Made by a program: the position numbers and the translations under genes. The notes under the pieces were generated by a model. The model was not told the origin of the DNA, did not search any database, and saw only the letters and a list, made by a program, of their open reading frames with translations. From an uncultured delta proteobacterium (GTDB lineage: Bacteria; Desulfobacterota; Binatia; UBA9968), in NCBI GenBank assembly GCA_963745035.1, contig CAVUVW010000009.1, positions 1 to 58,414 on the forward strand: 58,414 bases of DNA, in the 5' to 3' direction. This document shows positions 36,977 through 47,517 of the stretch, one piece after another (within the stretch, counting starts at the first letter, position 1; each line of letters starts with the position of its first letter).

Positions 36977-38446
36977 CTACCGGATCATTAAGCGCTCGGC
37001 TTTGCCTGAATAGTTGATGAAGACGGTTTTCAGCTCGGTAAAAAAGTTCAGTCCTTCTTCCGCCATCTCGCGCTCGCCCACGCCGGTCGATTTGGTTCCG
37101 CCGAAAGGCAGCTGGGCCTCGCCGCCGATGGTCGGTTCGTTGACGTGGACCATGCCGGTTTCCACTTCCTCGACGAATCTCATGATCGTATCGACGTTCT
37201 CGGTGAAGATGGACGTCGTGAGGCCGTATTCCACCCCGTTGGCGAAGCGCAGCGCCTCATCCAGATTGTTCGCCGTTGATACCGCCAGAACCGGACCGAA
37301 TATCTCTTCCTTGAAGATGCGCATCGTTGGGGCCACGTTGTCGAAGATCGTCGGTTCGACGAAGTAGCCCTTGCCGAGCTGCTCGGGCGTCTTGCCGCCA
37401 AGCAGCAATCTCGCGCCTTCCTTGCGGCCGATATCAATGTAATCCAGATCGGTCTTCCATTGTTTCTCGTCCACCGCCGGCCCCATGTCGACGGTTTCAT
37501 CCAGACCCGGCCCTATTTTGATTTTTCTTGCCGCTTCGACGAGCCGTTCGACCAGCGCATCTTTGACCGAAGGCGCGGCGATCACGCGCGAGGTCGCCGT
37601 GCAGCGCTGGCCGGTCGATCCGAACGCGCCGCCGTGGATCGCGACGGCGGCTTTGTCGAGATCGGCGTCGGCCATGACGATGACGGCGTTCTTGCCGCCC
37701 ATCTCGCAAGTCACTTTGGCGCCGCGTTGTGCCGCCTTGACGTAGAGCGCGCCGCCGATCTCATTCGAGCCCGTAAAGGAGATTGCCCTCAGCACCGGCG
37801 ACTTGACCATGGCTTCGCCGACGACGGAGCCGGAACCGACCAGCATGTTGAATACCCCGGGCGGAAGACCGGCCTCGGCGTAAATCTCGGTGAGCAGGGT
37901 CGCCGTCGCCGGCGTCAATTCGGCGGGTTTGAAGATGACGCAGTTGCCCGCGGCGAGGGCCGGAGCGGATTTCCACACGGGGATCGCCCAGGGAAAGTTC
38001 CATGGCGCGATAAGTCCGACAACTCCCAGCGGCTGCCGGATGGTATACGTGAAGGTGTCGCGCGCTTCGGACGGCAAGGTCTTGCCGTGCATGCGAAAGC
38101 CCTCGCCGGCGTAAAACTCCAGCAGCGAGATGCCCTTCATCACTTCGCCCTTGGCTTCTTTGAGCACTTTGCCTTCCTCGCGGGTGAGGGTGCGGGCGAT
38201 CTCGTCGACGCGCCGGCGCGCAATGTCAGCGGCGCGCCAAAGGACGCGGCCGCGCTCGGGGCCGGGCGTTTTGCGCCAGCCGCGCGACGCGGCTTGGGCT
38301 TGCTCGATGGCTCTCTCGACATCTTCGACGGTGGCAGCGGGAAATTCGCCGATCACATCATCGGGATCGGCAGGGTTGAGGTTGCGTACCAGGCGATTCG
38401 ATTTAGGGTGAAACCATTGCCCATTCACATAAGAGCCGGTGTTCAT
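36977..38446 (-). CDS. NAD(P)-dependent aldehyde dehydrogenase (KGSA-dehydrogenase-like)
   Basis: APWNFP, FTGS, EMGGKN, GQRCTA, EEIFGPV, PFGGTK. Confidence 0.95.
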   Translation of the reverse strand: MNTGSYVNGQWFHPKSNRLVRNLNPADPDDVIGEFPAATVEDVERAIEQAQAASRGWRKTPGPERGRVLWRAADIARRRVDEIARTLTREEGKVLKEAKGEVMKGISLLEFYAGEGFRMHGKTLPSEARDTFTYTIRQPLGVVGLIAPWNFPWAIPVWKSAPALAAGNCVIFKPAELTPATATLLTEIYAEAGLPPGVFNMLVGSGSVVGEAMVKSPVLRAISFTGSNEIGGALYVKAAQRGAKVTCEMGGKNAVIVMADADLDKAAVAIHGGAFGSTGQRCTATSRVIAAPSVKDALVERLVEAARKIKIGPGLDETVDMGPAVDEKQWKTDLDYIDIGRKEGARLLLGGKTPEQLGKGYFVEPTIFDNVAPTMRIFKEEIFGPVLAVSTANNLDEALRFANGVEYGLTTSIFTENVDTIMRFVEEVETGMVHVNEPTIGGEAQLPFGGTKSTGVGEREMAEEGLNFFTELKTVFINYSGKAERLMIR

Positions 38447-38570
38447 AGAAGCCTCGGTTGCATTGGAATTTGCGCAGATGTTCGCTGTTCAGAAGTGATT
38501 TATGAGCTTGCGCACGCCCACGGAGAATGAGAAATGGAGGGTTTCCCCTCGGGACGTTTTTCCCCCGATT

Positions 38571-38649
38571 CGTCATTCCCGCGCAAACGGGAATCCAGGT
38601 TTGTTCTCCTCCCAATTAGCCTGGATACCCGCTTTTGCGTGTGTGACGG
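38571..38649. repeat. REP-like doublet (GTCATTCCCGC family)
   Basis: CGTCATTCCCGCGCAAACGGGAATCCAGG...CCTGGATACCCGCTTTTGCGTGTGTGACG. Confidence 0.8.
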
Positions 38650-38712
38650 AAGGGCACGGTTCCGTCTTGCATTCGGAGCCCTCATGCTATCACCGATCCG
38701 CAATTTTCAAAG

Positions 38713-38778
38713 ATACGAAGCGCACACGAGGTTCGATGCAGGAGAATTTTACTTCGTGTCCTTCGTGCCTCCGTGGTG
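38713..38778. repeat. Nonamer-periodic CACGAAG/CTTCGTG inverted repeat
   Basis: Right arm CTTCGTGTC-CTTCGTGCC-TCCGTGGTG as at 23066-23093; left arm degenerate. Confidence 0.6.
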
Positions 38779-38794
38779 AATTTTCTTCTTGCAA

Positions 38795-39850
38795 CTAGAA
38801 AGAAGATCGCCGCGTCAGCTCGCGCAAAGTAGTGCGCCACTTCTCTTCCAGTTTGTCGATTTGTTCCGCGTTCAATCCCTGTTCCGGATACCAGCGCTTG
38901 AAGCCGTAATCTTTGGTCGGATTGCCGTATTCGTATTTTTCCAGAACTTTCTGGCCGCCTTCGCCGAGAATAAAATCGGCCAAGAGCAATGCCGCGTGAG
39001 GATGCGGTGCGCTGGCCGAAACCGCGGTCGAACCCGAATTGCTTGGGACGATATCCATCGGCCGCCATTCGATGGGCGCGCCCGCTTTCAGCGAAACCTC
39101 GACGTGATTCCGGAAGGTGGTCGGCGATACGCCCACTTCGCCTGAAATCACCATATCAAGGAGTGCCCGTCCGGAAACGTTGTGCATCGCCGGACTCTGA
39201 CCGCGCAGCTTTTTTACGAACTCCTCGCCTTTGAATTTGAGCAGCGCGCCGACGACGGTAACGCCAGTATCGCTTCCTGCTAAGGCAATCTTGTCCTTGA
39301 GCTCGGGGCGCAGGAGTTCCTGATAATTTTTTGGCGCCAAGTTCGACGGGACGAGATTCTTGTTGTAGGCGAGGCCAATGTGCGACTCGCGGTCGATCGC
39401 CCAGAAGAATAGACCTTTCGGGGCCTTTTCTTTGACGTTGTCGGGGTATTTCGCCTGGGTCGGAAAATAGTAAGGAACCAGCATTCCGTTTTCTTTTAGA
39501 AGCTTCAATAAAGGGATAGTCGTTTCAAAGGTATCGGCGATATAGCGCTTGGACTGGGCTTCGGCCATCACTCTCGCGCTCATCTCCTGTCGGGTGGCGC
39601 GGTAGGACTCCACCTTGACGCCCGGATACCTCGCTTCGAAGGCGGCGGCGAGCTGCTTATAAGAGTCTCCGGCCAGCGAAGTGTACCAGGTTGCCTTACC
39701 TTCCGCCTTGGCGCCGGCATAAAGGACTTTTTCCCGGTCTGGTTTATTGTAAGCGGCCAGCTGATCGATGGGCATCGGCTTGGCACTCTGCGCCGCTGCC
39801 GCGGCGGCGATCGTCATCGAGAGCAGGAACACGCTAAAGGAAATTTTCAT
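38795..39850 (-). CDS. ABC transporter substrate-binding protein (AfuA-like), orphan
   Basis: Signal peptide; GAKAEGKATWY, AYNKNLV, APHPHAALLLADF; paralogous to 8849. Confidence 0.88.
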   Translation of the reverse strand: MKISFSVFLLSMTIAAAAAAQSAKPMPIDQLAAYNKPDREKVLYAGAKAEGKATWYTSLAGDSYKQLAAAFEARYPGVKVESYRATRQEMSARVMAEAQSKRYIADTFETTIPLLKLLKENGMLVPYYFPTQAKYPDNVKEKAPKGLFFWAIDRESHIGLAYNKNLVPSNLAPKNYQELLRPELKDKIALAGSDTGVTVVGALLKFKGEEFVKKLRGQSPAMHNVSGRALLDMVISGEVGVSPTTFRNHVEVSLKAGAPIEWRPMDIVPSNSGSTAVSASAPHPHAALLLADFILGEGGQKVLEKYEYGNPTKDYGFKRWYPEQGLNAEQIDKLEEKWRTTLRELTRRSSF

Positions 39851-39877
39851 TCTCCGTCTCCTAATAGGTTAGTGAAC

Positions 39878-40810
39878 TCAGTAGCCGGTTTCGTTGAGCT
39901 GATGATAGAAGAGTTTGTAAAACTGCCGGAGCCGTTCCGGCCGTTTGTAGTGGGCGAACTCCTGGGGGACTTTGAATTCCTTTTCGATCTGCTCCAACGT
40001 CTTGCCGGCTTGAACCATCTTCGCCACTTCATCGCGCATGACGACGAAATACCGCTTTTGCTCTTCCAAGTCTTTCACGCCGCGGCCGATATGCACGGGA
40101 CCATGGCCGGGAACATATGTTTCGACGGCGAGGCTCCGCGCCATAATGTTGTCCAGAACTTTGATCCATCCGGAGACGTTGGAATAGAATACGCCGGCGG
40201 ACTCGCCTTGACCGGGATGAATCTCGGTATCGAGGAGATCGCCCATGAGCATCACGCGCTTTTGCGGGATGTACACGGTCAGATCGCCGGTGCTATGAGC
40301 GCGCCCTTCGGGAGTTATCTGAAGGGTCAAGCCGCCGAAGTATAGGGTCATCGGTCCGTCGATGGCGATCGTCGGCGTAAGCGGTTCGCCCTTCTGATAA
40401 GCCGCGTAGCGCGGGTCGTTGGATTTTTTGCGCTCCAGGAATTCCTCGCGCTCCTGCATCTGCAGATCGTGCACCTGATTTTTCGTGGCGATCCAGGCCG
40501 GCGCGTCTTCGCGGAAGTGCCACGCGCCCGAGGCGTGATCCCCGGCGCTGTGGGAGGTAATCAGATATTTGATCTTTTTGTCGGTGGTCTTGCGAATGAA
40601 CGCAAGAGTCTGATCGGCATTGTCGATGTGAAAATCAAGAACGACCACGCCTTCGTCGGTAAAAATCACAGTGGAGTTGCCGGAGCCTTGAGAATGCTCG
40701 AGCATGTAGACGCCATCGGCGATTTTGGTCGGGGTCATGCGAACCGGCGCGGCGGCGCTCGTGGTCAAGCACCAGATCAACGCGAGCATGATTGTCGGAC
40801 GAATCTTCAT
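39878..40810 (-). CDS. Exported metallo-beta-lactamase-fold protein (cyclase-like)
   Basis: GNSTVI..GVVVLD, ITSHSAGDH, AHSTGD, MGDL, VPGHG. Confidence 0.88.
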   Translation of the reverse strand: MKIRPTIMLALIWCLTTSAAAPVRMTPTKIADGVYMLEHSQGSGNSTVIFTDEGVVVLDFHIDNADQTLAFIRKTTDKKIKYLITSHSAGDHASGAWHFREDAPAWIATKNQVHDLQMQEREEFLERKKSNDPRYAAYQKGEPLTPTIAIDGPMTLYFGGLTLQITPEGRAHSTGDLTVYIPQKRVMLMGDLLDTEIHPGQGESAGVFYSNVSGWIKVLDNIMARSLAVETYVPGHGPVHIGRGVKDLEEQKRYFVVMRDEVAKMVQAGKTLEQIEKEFKVPQEFAHYKRPERLRQFYKLFYHQLNETGY

Positions 40811-40826
40811 CGTGCGGCTCCTTAAG

Positions 40827-41711
40827 TCACTTCAGAAGGCCGAGAGACTTGGCCATGTCGATAGTTCGGCGCGCGCGCTCGACGATGGGCCGGTCGATCA
40901 GTTGACCGCCGAAAGCGATGGAGCCGTCGCCGCGCGCATTGGCTTCCTCGAACGCTTGCAAGACGTTTCGGCAGTATTCGATTTCTTCAGCGGTAGGACT
41001 GAAAACCGTGTTGATGGCATCGACTTGCGAGGGATGAATGCATGACATGCCGGAAAAGCCGAGCTGGCGCGACTGTTTGGCAAATCCAAGCAATCCCGCG
41101 CTGTCGTTCAGATCCACCCAGACGCCGTCGATCGGTTGGACGTGGGCCGCCGCGGCGGCGATCACGATCGCGGAGCGCGCGTAAATCAGATCGCGGGCTT
41201 CGCCTTCGCGGACGGCTGGAAGCCCGATCTCGCGGCCAAAATCCTCGGCGCCGAAAATAACACCGACGATCCGTTCGGAGGCTGCGGCTATGGCTGGCGC
41301 GTTAAGGAGGCCGCGCGGGCTTTCGATGGCGATCAAAAGCTTCACGCTGCCCTTGTCGAGCTTGTTCTTCGGCTCTTGGTCGGTCAGGATCGCGTCGACT
41401 TTGCGCACCTCGTCCGGAGTATCGACTTTGGGACAAACCAGACCTTCGAGTCCAGGCCGGACGACGGCTTCGAGATCCGCGTCCATGCGCGCATGGCCGA
41501 TGGCGTTGATGCGCACGTAGCGTGCCGGCGATCCGGCCGCTTTCTCGCGGCCGAGCGAGTCGGCGATATTCTTGCGCGCCGCGTCTTTTTCGTTGGGCGC
41601 CACGCCGTCCTCGATGTCGAGCATGATCGCGTCGGCGTTAAGACCGAGCGCTTTGTCGATCATTCTTTGCCGATGGCCCGGCACGAACATCCACGAGCGG
41701 ATCAAGTTCAT
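40827..41711 (-). CDS. citE: CitE-family CoA-ester lyase (HpcH/HpaI aldolase/citrate lyase family)
   Basis: RSWMFVPG, LDIEDGV, YVRIN, PKV, IES, FGAED, CIHPSQ, IDRP. Confidence 0.93.
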   Translation of the reverse strand: MNLIRSWMFVPGHRQRMIDKALGLNADAIMLDIEDGVAPNEKDAARKNIADSLGREKAAGSPARYVRINAIGHARMDADLEAVVRPGLEGLVCPKVDTPDEVRKVDAILTDQEPKNKLDKGSVKLLIAIESPRGLLNAPAIAAASERIVGVIFGAEDFGREIGLPAVREGEARDLIYARSAIVIAAAAAHVQPIDGVWVDLNDSAGLLGFAKQSRQLGFSGMSCIHPSQVDAINTVFSPTAEEIEYCRNVLQAFEEANARGDGSIAFGGQLIDRPIVERARRTIDMAKSLGLLK

Positions 41712-41874
41712 CTCTCGTTTCTCCTTCGCTGGTTCCTTATCCGATGACGGCGCAAATGTCTAACATGAGCGAAGATTTGGTGCTCGAGCACGACTGGGCG
41801 CCACGCGTCTTTTGCTCTGTCGCTCGACCCTTCTGATTGCACTCGAAATTTTTTTAAAGAATAACTGAAGGGAT

Positions 41875-43113
41875 ATGAAAGTTTCGACTCTCAAGCTTCT
41901 TCTGCCTATGGTCGGTGTTTCCATTCAAGCCAATTCGGCGTCAACCGTCATTCCTCCTTATCTCGATGACATGCGTATTCCAGTGGCGGCGATCGGCACC
42001 CTCATATCTCTGGCACCGGTTTTGGCACTGACATCACGATTGCCGATGGGCATGCTCTATCATCAGGCGCGCGCGCGGATCTTGGTTTCGGTGGCGATAC
42101 TCGCCATGGGTGTGACCAATTATTTGTATTCTCTGGCGGCGACTGTTTTTGCATTCGCCATCGTTCACGCCTTGAACGGATTTGCCTACGGCGCGGTGAC
42201 GACCCTCTACATGGCATTTTTCGTGGACTCGCTCGATGCCGACGAAAACCGCAACCACGCTATCGGCTATTACGTCGGCAGTTTGGCGATGGGCTACTCG
42301 ACGGGGAATTTTTTCGGCGGCTTGATCGCCGACTATTGGGGTTATGCCGCGACCTTTCAAGTGGGCGCTTTGTTGTCTTTGGTCGCGGTTGGGCTTTTGT
42401 TGCTGTTACACCGTCCGAGCGGCACGGGCGGAAGCAATGCAAAAGCCAAGGAAGGCGCCAAGCTGACCTCGAAAGAATCGCTGAAATCCCTCATGGAGCC
42501 GGAGCTGGCGACGGTCGTCATCGTCGCGTTGTTCCTGAATCTCCTGCATCAGATGGGCGGCGTGTTCATTTCGCTCTACGGCTTGGCCGTCGGATTGAGC
42601 CTCACACAGATCGGCATCATTCGCGCCGCTTACGCGGGCTGCAACGCGATCACCCGTCCGATCAGCGGGCATGTCGTGAATAAGGTCGGCCATCGCGGCC
42701 TGTCGTATTTCGGCCTGCCGCTGCAATCGCTAATTCTCATGCTCGTGCCGTTGTTCACCGGATTCGGCGCGATCCTGTTCGTCTACGTCGCTTCGGGTTT
42801 CTTGCGCGCGGTGGTGATCGTCGCCAATGCCGTCGGACTGGTTCAGGACGTGCCCGAAGCGCGCGTGCGGCGAGGCCTCGCGTCCGGGGTCTACAACGCG
42901 GCCGGCGACCTTGGCAATATTCTCGGGCCGTTCGTTGGCGGAATCATTGCGCAGACCGCCGGCATCGCCAGCGTGTTCGTCATCGGCTCGCTGGGCTCGA
43001 CGGCGGTATTTCTTATCGGAGTTTTCTTATTGCGTCGGCTCAAGTCAGCGGAGTCTGGCGTCCGGCGTCTAGCGTTTCCGAATCCGATCCAATTCAAAAG
43101 GCAAAGACGCTAG
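41875..43113 (+). CDS. MFS transporter
   Basis: About 12 TM segments; RGLASGVYNAAGDLGNILGP. Confidence 0.88.
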   Translation: MKVSTLKLLLPMVGVSIQANSASTVIPPYLDDMRIPVAAIGTLISLAPVLALTSRLPMGMLYHQARARILVSVAILAMGVTNYLYSLAATVFAFAIVHALNGFAYGAVTTLYMAFFVDSLDADENRNHAIGYYVGSLAMGYSTGNFFGGLIADYWGYAATFQVGALLSLVAVGLLLLLHRPSGTGGSNAKAKEGAKLTSKESLKSLMEPELATVVIVALFLNLLHQMGGVFISLYGLAVGLSLTQIGIIRAAYAGCNAITRPISGHVVNKVGHRGLSYFGLPLQSLILMLVPLFTGFGAILFVYVASGFLRAVVIVANAVGLVQDVPEARVRRGLASGVYNAAGDLGNILGPFVGGIIAQTAGIASVFVIGSLGSTAVFLIGVFLLRRLKSAESGVRRLAFPNPIQFKRQRR

Positions 43114-43124
43114 ACTCTAAACCG

Positions 43125-44286
43125 TTAGTATGACTTCGGCATTCCCAGAACATGCTGGCCCAGGTAGGCCAGCACCAAATTGTTGCTCACGGGCGCGACG
43201 GTGAGCAGGCGCGTCTCTCGAAACTTACGTTCCACGTCATATTCCGCGGCAAAGCCGTAGCCGCCATGCGTTGTCAGGCAGGCATTGGCGGCTTCCCATG
43301 CAGCTTCTGACGCCAGGTACTTTGCCAGGTTCGCCTCGGCGCCGCATTTTTCCTTGCGATCGAATTTTGTCGCCGCTTGGAAGCGCACCAGATCCGCGGC
43401 CTCGATATTGGCGTAGGCTTTGGCGATGGGAAATTGCACGCCTTGATTGGAGCCGATCGGCCTTGCCGAAAACGATTCTTTCGCTCGCGTACTTGGCGGC
43501 GCGCTCGACGAACCAGCGGCCGTCGCCGATGGCTTCGGCGGCCACCAGGATGCGCTCAGCATTCCAGCCGTCGATGATGTAGCGAAAGCCGAGGCCTTCT
43601 TCGCCGATCAAGTTTTCCGCCGGCACTTCGACGTTGTCGAAAAAGAGCGCGTTGGTGTGGTGGTTGATCATCAGATCGAGCGGCTTGACTTCGAGTTTCC
43701 CTTTGGCGTCGCGCAAGTCGACGATGAAGACCGAGAGGCCGCGGGTTTTGTCCTTCAGTTCGTCGTAGGGCGTCGTGCGCGCGAGCAGGAGCATGAGATC
43801 GGATTGCAGGACGCGCGAGATGAAGATCTTCTGGCCATTGATAAGATACTTGTCGCCTTTGCGCGTCGCGGTGGTCTGGATGCGCGTGCTCTCCGAGCCG
43901 GCGTTGGGCTCGGTGACGCCGAAGGCCTGCAGGCGCAGCTCGCCGGTGGCGATTTTCGGCAGATAGCGTTTTTTCTGTTCGTCGTTGCCATGGCGCAGCA
44001 GCGTGCCCATCGTGTACATCTGCGCGTGGCAGGCCGTGGCGACGCCGCCGGAATGATTGATCTCTTCGAGAATAATGCTCGCTTCGGTGATGCCGAGACC
44101 GGTGCCGCCGTATTCTTCCGGAATCAACGCCGCGAGCCAGCCGAGCTCGGAAAGTTTGCGCACGAAGGCTTCGGGATATTCCTTCTTGCCGTCGATCTCG
44201 CGCCAGTAGGCGTCGGGAAACTCCCGGCAGACTTTCTTGATCTCTTCGCGGATCTGTTGCTGCTCGGTGGTCAGGTTGAAATCCAT
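43125..44286 (-). CDS. Acyl-CoA dehydrogenase; frameshift near 43460
   Basis: IPEEYGGTG, FGVTEPNAGS, INGQKIFIS, NAERIL; C-terminus NQGVQFPIA..HGGYGFAAEYDVERKFRE in the next frame. Confidence 0.92.
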
Positions 44287-44354
44287 CGGGGCCTCCTATA
44301 ATTAGCCGATAGACTATAGCGAAATATTTTTCGCGCCAACAGAGGAGGAAGGCA

Positions 44355-44865
44355 ATGGCCGTCAAACCTGGCTGGGAAGGCCGTTTCTTCGAAGATTTTG
44401 ACGTCGGCGATATCTACCGCTGCCGGTTGGGCCGGACCGTCACCGAGGCGGACAACATCTGGTTCACTTTGCTGACCAACAACACCAACCAGATTCACTT
44501 TAACAACGAGTACGGCAAGCGGACGGAATTCGGCAAGTGCTTGATCAACAGCGCGCTGACTCTCGCCATCGTCGCCGGCATGGGCGTGGCCGACGTGAGC
44601 GAAAACGGCTTCGCGCTCGGCTGGGATCAGATCAAATTGCCCAATCCGTTGTTCGCCGGCGATACGCTCTATTCCGAGTCCGAAGTTTTGGAGAAGCGCG
44701 AATCGGCGTCAAAGCCCCAATGGGGCATCATCAAAGTGCGCACGCGCGGCATTCAACAGGAAGGCAAGGTCGTGATCGACTACGCGCGCAGCGTGATGGT
44801 GTGGAAAAAGGCGCATGCGCCTAAAACGGACTTATTTCCTGAAGATCAAAGAGGACAGGAAATAA
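44355..44865 (+). CDS. MaoC-family (hotdog) acyl-CoA hydratase/dehydratase; probable +1 frameshift near 44842
   Basis: GRFFEDF.VG, GRTVTEADN.WF..LT.N.NQIH, PLFAGDTLY.ESEV; corrected tail FPEIKEDRK* (TAA 44863-44865). Confidence 0.88.
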
Positions 44866-44870
44866 GTCCT

Positions 44871-44906
44871 GTTCAAATCGTTCAAGCAGTTCAAGCCGTT
44901 CAACCG
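44871..44906 (+). repeat. Four tandem 9-nt GTTCAANNN units
   Basis: GTTCAAATC GTTCAAGCA GTTCAAGCC GTTCAACCG. Confidence 0.85.
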
Positions 44907-44917
44907 TAAGACAAGAG

Positions 44918-46125
44918 GTGAGTGTGGCGAGCAATTCAAAACCTGCCCGCGCTTTAGATGGAGTCAAGATTCTCGCCTTCGAGCAGGTGCTTTCGGGGCC
45001 GTTTGCGACCTGTTTGTTGGCCGACATGGGCGCGGAAGTGATCAAAGTCGAGCGGCCCGGCGTCGGCGACGTGATTCGCTCGTGGGATTCGGTGGTGAAG
45101 GGCTTGTCGTCGGGCTACGTTTGGCTGAATCGCAACAAGCGCAGCTTGACGGTCGACGTCAAAAAAGAAAAAGGACGAGCCATTCTCCAGGACCTGGCGA
45201 AGCGCGTCGGATATCTTTTTCGAGAACTACGCTCCCGGCGTCGCGGGGCGATTGGGTCTTGGCTATGAAAAACTGAGCGAGATCAATCCGCGGCTGATCT
45301 ATTGCTCGCTTTCCGGCTACGGCCAGGACGGGCCATATCGGGACGTCAAGGCTTACGATCTGCTGATTCAAGGCGAGGGCGGTATCATCGCGACGACCGG
45401 CTATCCGGACAAGCCCGCGCGCGCCGGCATCGCCATCGCCGATATCGCCTCGGGCATGTACGCGGCGATCGGTATTTTGCTGGCGCTTTATCAGAGAGAA
45501 AAGACCGGCGAGGGGCAGTTGATCGACGTTTCCATGCTCGATTCGATCGTCTCCTGGCTCGGCTATTTTCCGCATCACTATTGGCACGCCGGCGAAGAGC
45601 CGGCGCGCGTCGGCATGCGCCATCATTACGTCACTCCCTATGGGCCTTATCTTGCCGGCGACGGCGAATACGTGAATCTCGCCGTGGCCAGCGCCTCGGA
45701 CTGGGAAGTTTTTTGCCGCAAGGTGATCGAGAAGCCGGAGTTTCTCGAGGACCCGCGCTTCGGCAACGGTCGAAGGGCGGCGAAAAAATCGCGGGCTACT
45801 GGAAGAGACCATCGAAAATATCTTCCGCCAAAGGGATCACAAGCATTGGCTGGAACAACTGAAAAAAGCGGAATTGCCGCACGGCATCGTGCGCGGCATC
45901 GCTCAGGTGCTGGCTCATCCTCAAGTGGCGGCGCGAAAGCTCATCCGCGAAGCCGAGTCGCCGGTCGGCAAAGTGCCGGTGATCGCCAACGCGCTCAAAA
46001 TGTCGGCCAGCGAGGCGCGCTATGATCGGATTCCAGCTTTGGGTGAAAACAATGAGGCGATTCTCCGCGAGCTCGGCTACGATGCCGCCGCCATTGAAGG
46101 GTTGAAAAAGGAACAAGTGATCTAA
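44918..46125 (+). CDS. CaiB/BaiF class III CoA-transferase; frameshifts near 45205 and 45765
   Basis: LDGVKIL, GPFAT.LLADMGAEVIKVE, NRNKRS, ENYAPG, SGYGQDGP, IADIASG, PALGE across three frames. Confidence 0.9.
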
Positions 46126-46186
46126 AGCATCTTGGATGATGCCTCTAAGCAACGCCAGCCGAGTTGACGGCGGAACTTCGATCGAG

Positions 46187-46280
46187 GTCACCCTGAGCCA
46201 CAGGCGAAGGATCTGCTTTTCACGTTGCTGCACCGAAGCCCCAAAGCAGATTCCTCGTCGCCGTGCTCCTCGGAATGACA
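46187..46280. repeat. REP-like doublet (same family as 19665 and 27081)
   Basis: GTCACCCTGAGC..GAAGGATCTGCTTT...AAAGCAGATTCCTCG..CTCGGAATGACA. Confidence 0.75.
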
Positions 46281-46353
46281 CTCTGATGCGAAACGATTTG
46301 GGGGACGCCATCTCTGTTCAATTCTCAGATATCAAGATCCGGGAGAACTTCTC

Positions 46354-46909
46354 TTGCGCAAGCCGGTCGTGGGAGTGATGGGGGCATCGGCGAACGACGC
46401 CCTCAGTGCTACTGAAGCCAATCGAGTCAAAGCACTGGCCGAGGCGCTTGGTGCGGCAATCGCGCGGCAGAATTGCATTCTCATCACGGGCGCAACGACC
46501 GGCCTGCCGGATATGGTGGCCCAATCATTCCGCAAGCACGGCGGCTTTGCGCTGGGCGTATCGCCCGCAGAGAATCGCCGGGAACATGTCGCGCGCTACG
46601 GGCTGCCGGAGGATGGCGCGGATGTGATCGTCTTCACCGGCTTCGGTTACAAAGGACGCAACGTCGTCAACGTGCGCTCCGCCGACATCGTGCATGATCG
46701 TCGGCGGCGCCACCGGAACGCTGAACGAATTCACCATCGCGTACGATGAAGGCAAGATCATCGGCGTGCTCGAAGGCAGCGGCGGTATCGCCGAGCATAT
46801 TCGCGAGATCATCAAGGCCTGCAACAAGCCGACAGAGTGTCAGGTTTTCTTCGACAGCGACCCGGCGAAACTGGTCGAGACTTGTATCGAGGCTCTTCAG
46901 AAGAGGTGA
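46354..46909 (+). CDS. LOG/SLOG-family nucleotide-binding protein; frameshift near 46693
   Basis: VGVMG, LITGATTG, GVSP, RNVVNVRSAD; then VGGATGTLNEFTIAY in the next frame. Confidence 0.82.
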
Positions 46910-47511
46910 GAGAGCAATTCTCGATCAGGTCGATGGGCGCCGGCCGCTTTGCCCTTCGGTTGCGCGAAATAATCCCTCGCAAATTTTTTCAGCACGTCGC
47001 GCTTCAAACCGCTCAGACTGGCTTCTTCCACGGCCCTTTCCTCGGTCCATCCAAGCTCGACGATGCGGAAGATCAGCATGAGCGGCGCCACCCTTTCGGC
47101 GAACGCGCAGTTGATCAGCATCGGATGATTCGCTTTGTCGCGAACCAGCCGTAGAAACTCGTCAATCTGCTTGCGCTCCGGCAATTTTTTCGTCGCGGCG
47201 ATATTGAAGTAGCGCATTTTATTCTGTTCGGCCATAAATCGCTCTTGAGCAACATCTACGCCATCTCCCGCCGCTCTTAATGTCAGTACGGAACGAAACC
47301 CGTTCGCGGCTGCCTTCGCATAGGCCGTGGACGAGGGTTTGCCGCCGACCGCTGGTTTGTCATCAATGCACAGCACGATCGGTTCATCGATCTTGTCCGG
47401 GCGCGCAATGGTACCCGTTGCGGCACGCTCTGTCTGCTGCGCGGCACTGTGGCCGGCGCAAATCAAAAGAATTGCGACCCCGAGCAGCAACTCTGCGAAG
47501 CCGTACCGCAC
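46897..47511 (-). CDS. Exported DUF442/phosphatase-like (Cys-loop) protein
   Basis: Signal peptide; GGKP, GFRSVLTLR, YFNI, PMLINCAFAERV (Cx4R), GWTEERAVEEA. Confidence 0.7.
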   Translation of the reverse strand: MRYGFAELLLGVAILLICAGHSAAQQTERAATGTIARPDKIDEPIVLCIDDKPAVGGKPSSTAYAKAAANGFRSVLTLRAAGDGVDVAQERFMAEQNKMRYFNIAATKKLPERKQIDEFLRLVRDKANHPMLINCAFAERVAPLMLIFRIVELGWTEERAVEEASLSGLKRDVLKKFARDYFAQPKGKAAGAHRPDRELLSHLF

Positions 47512-47517
47512 TGGTAA

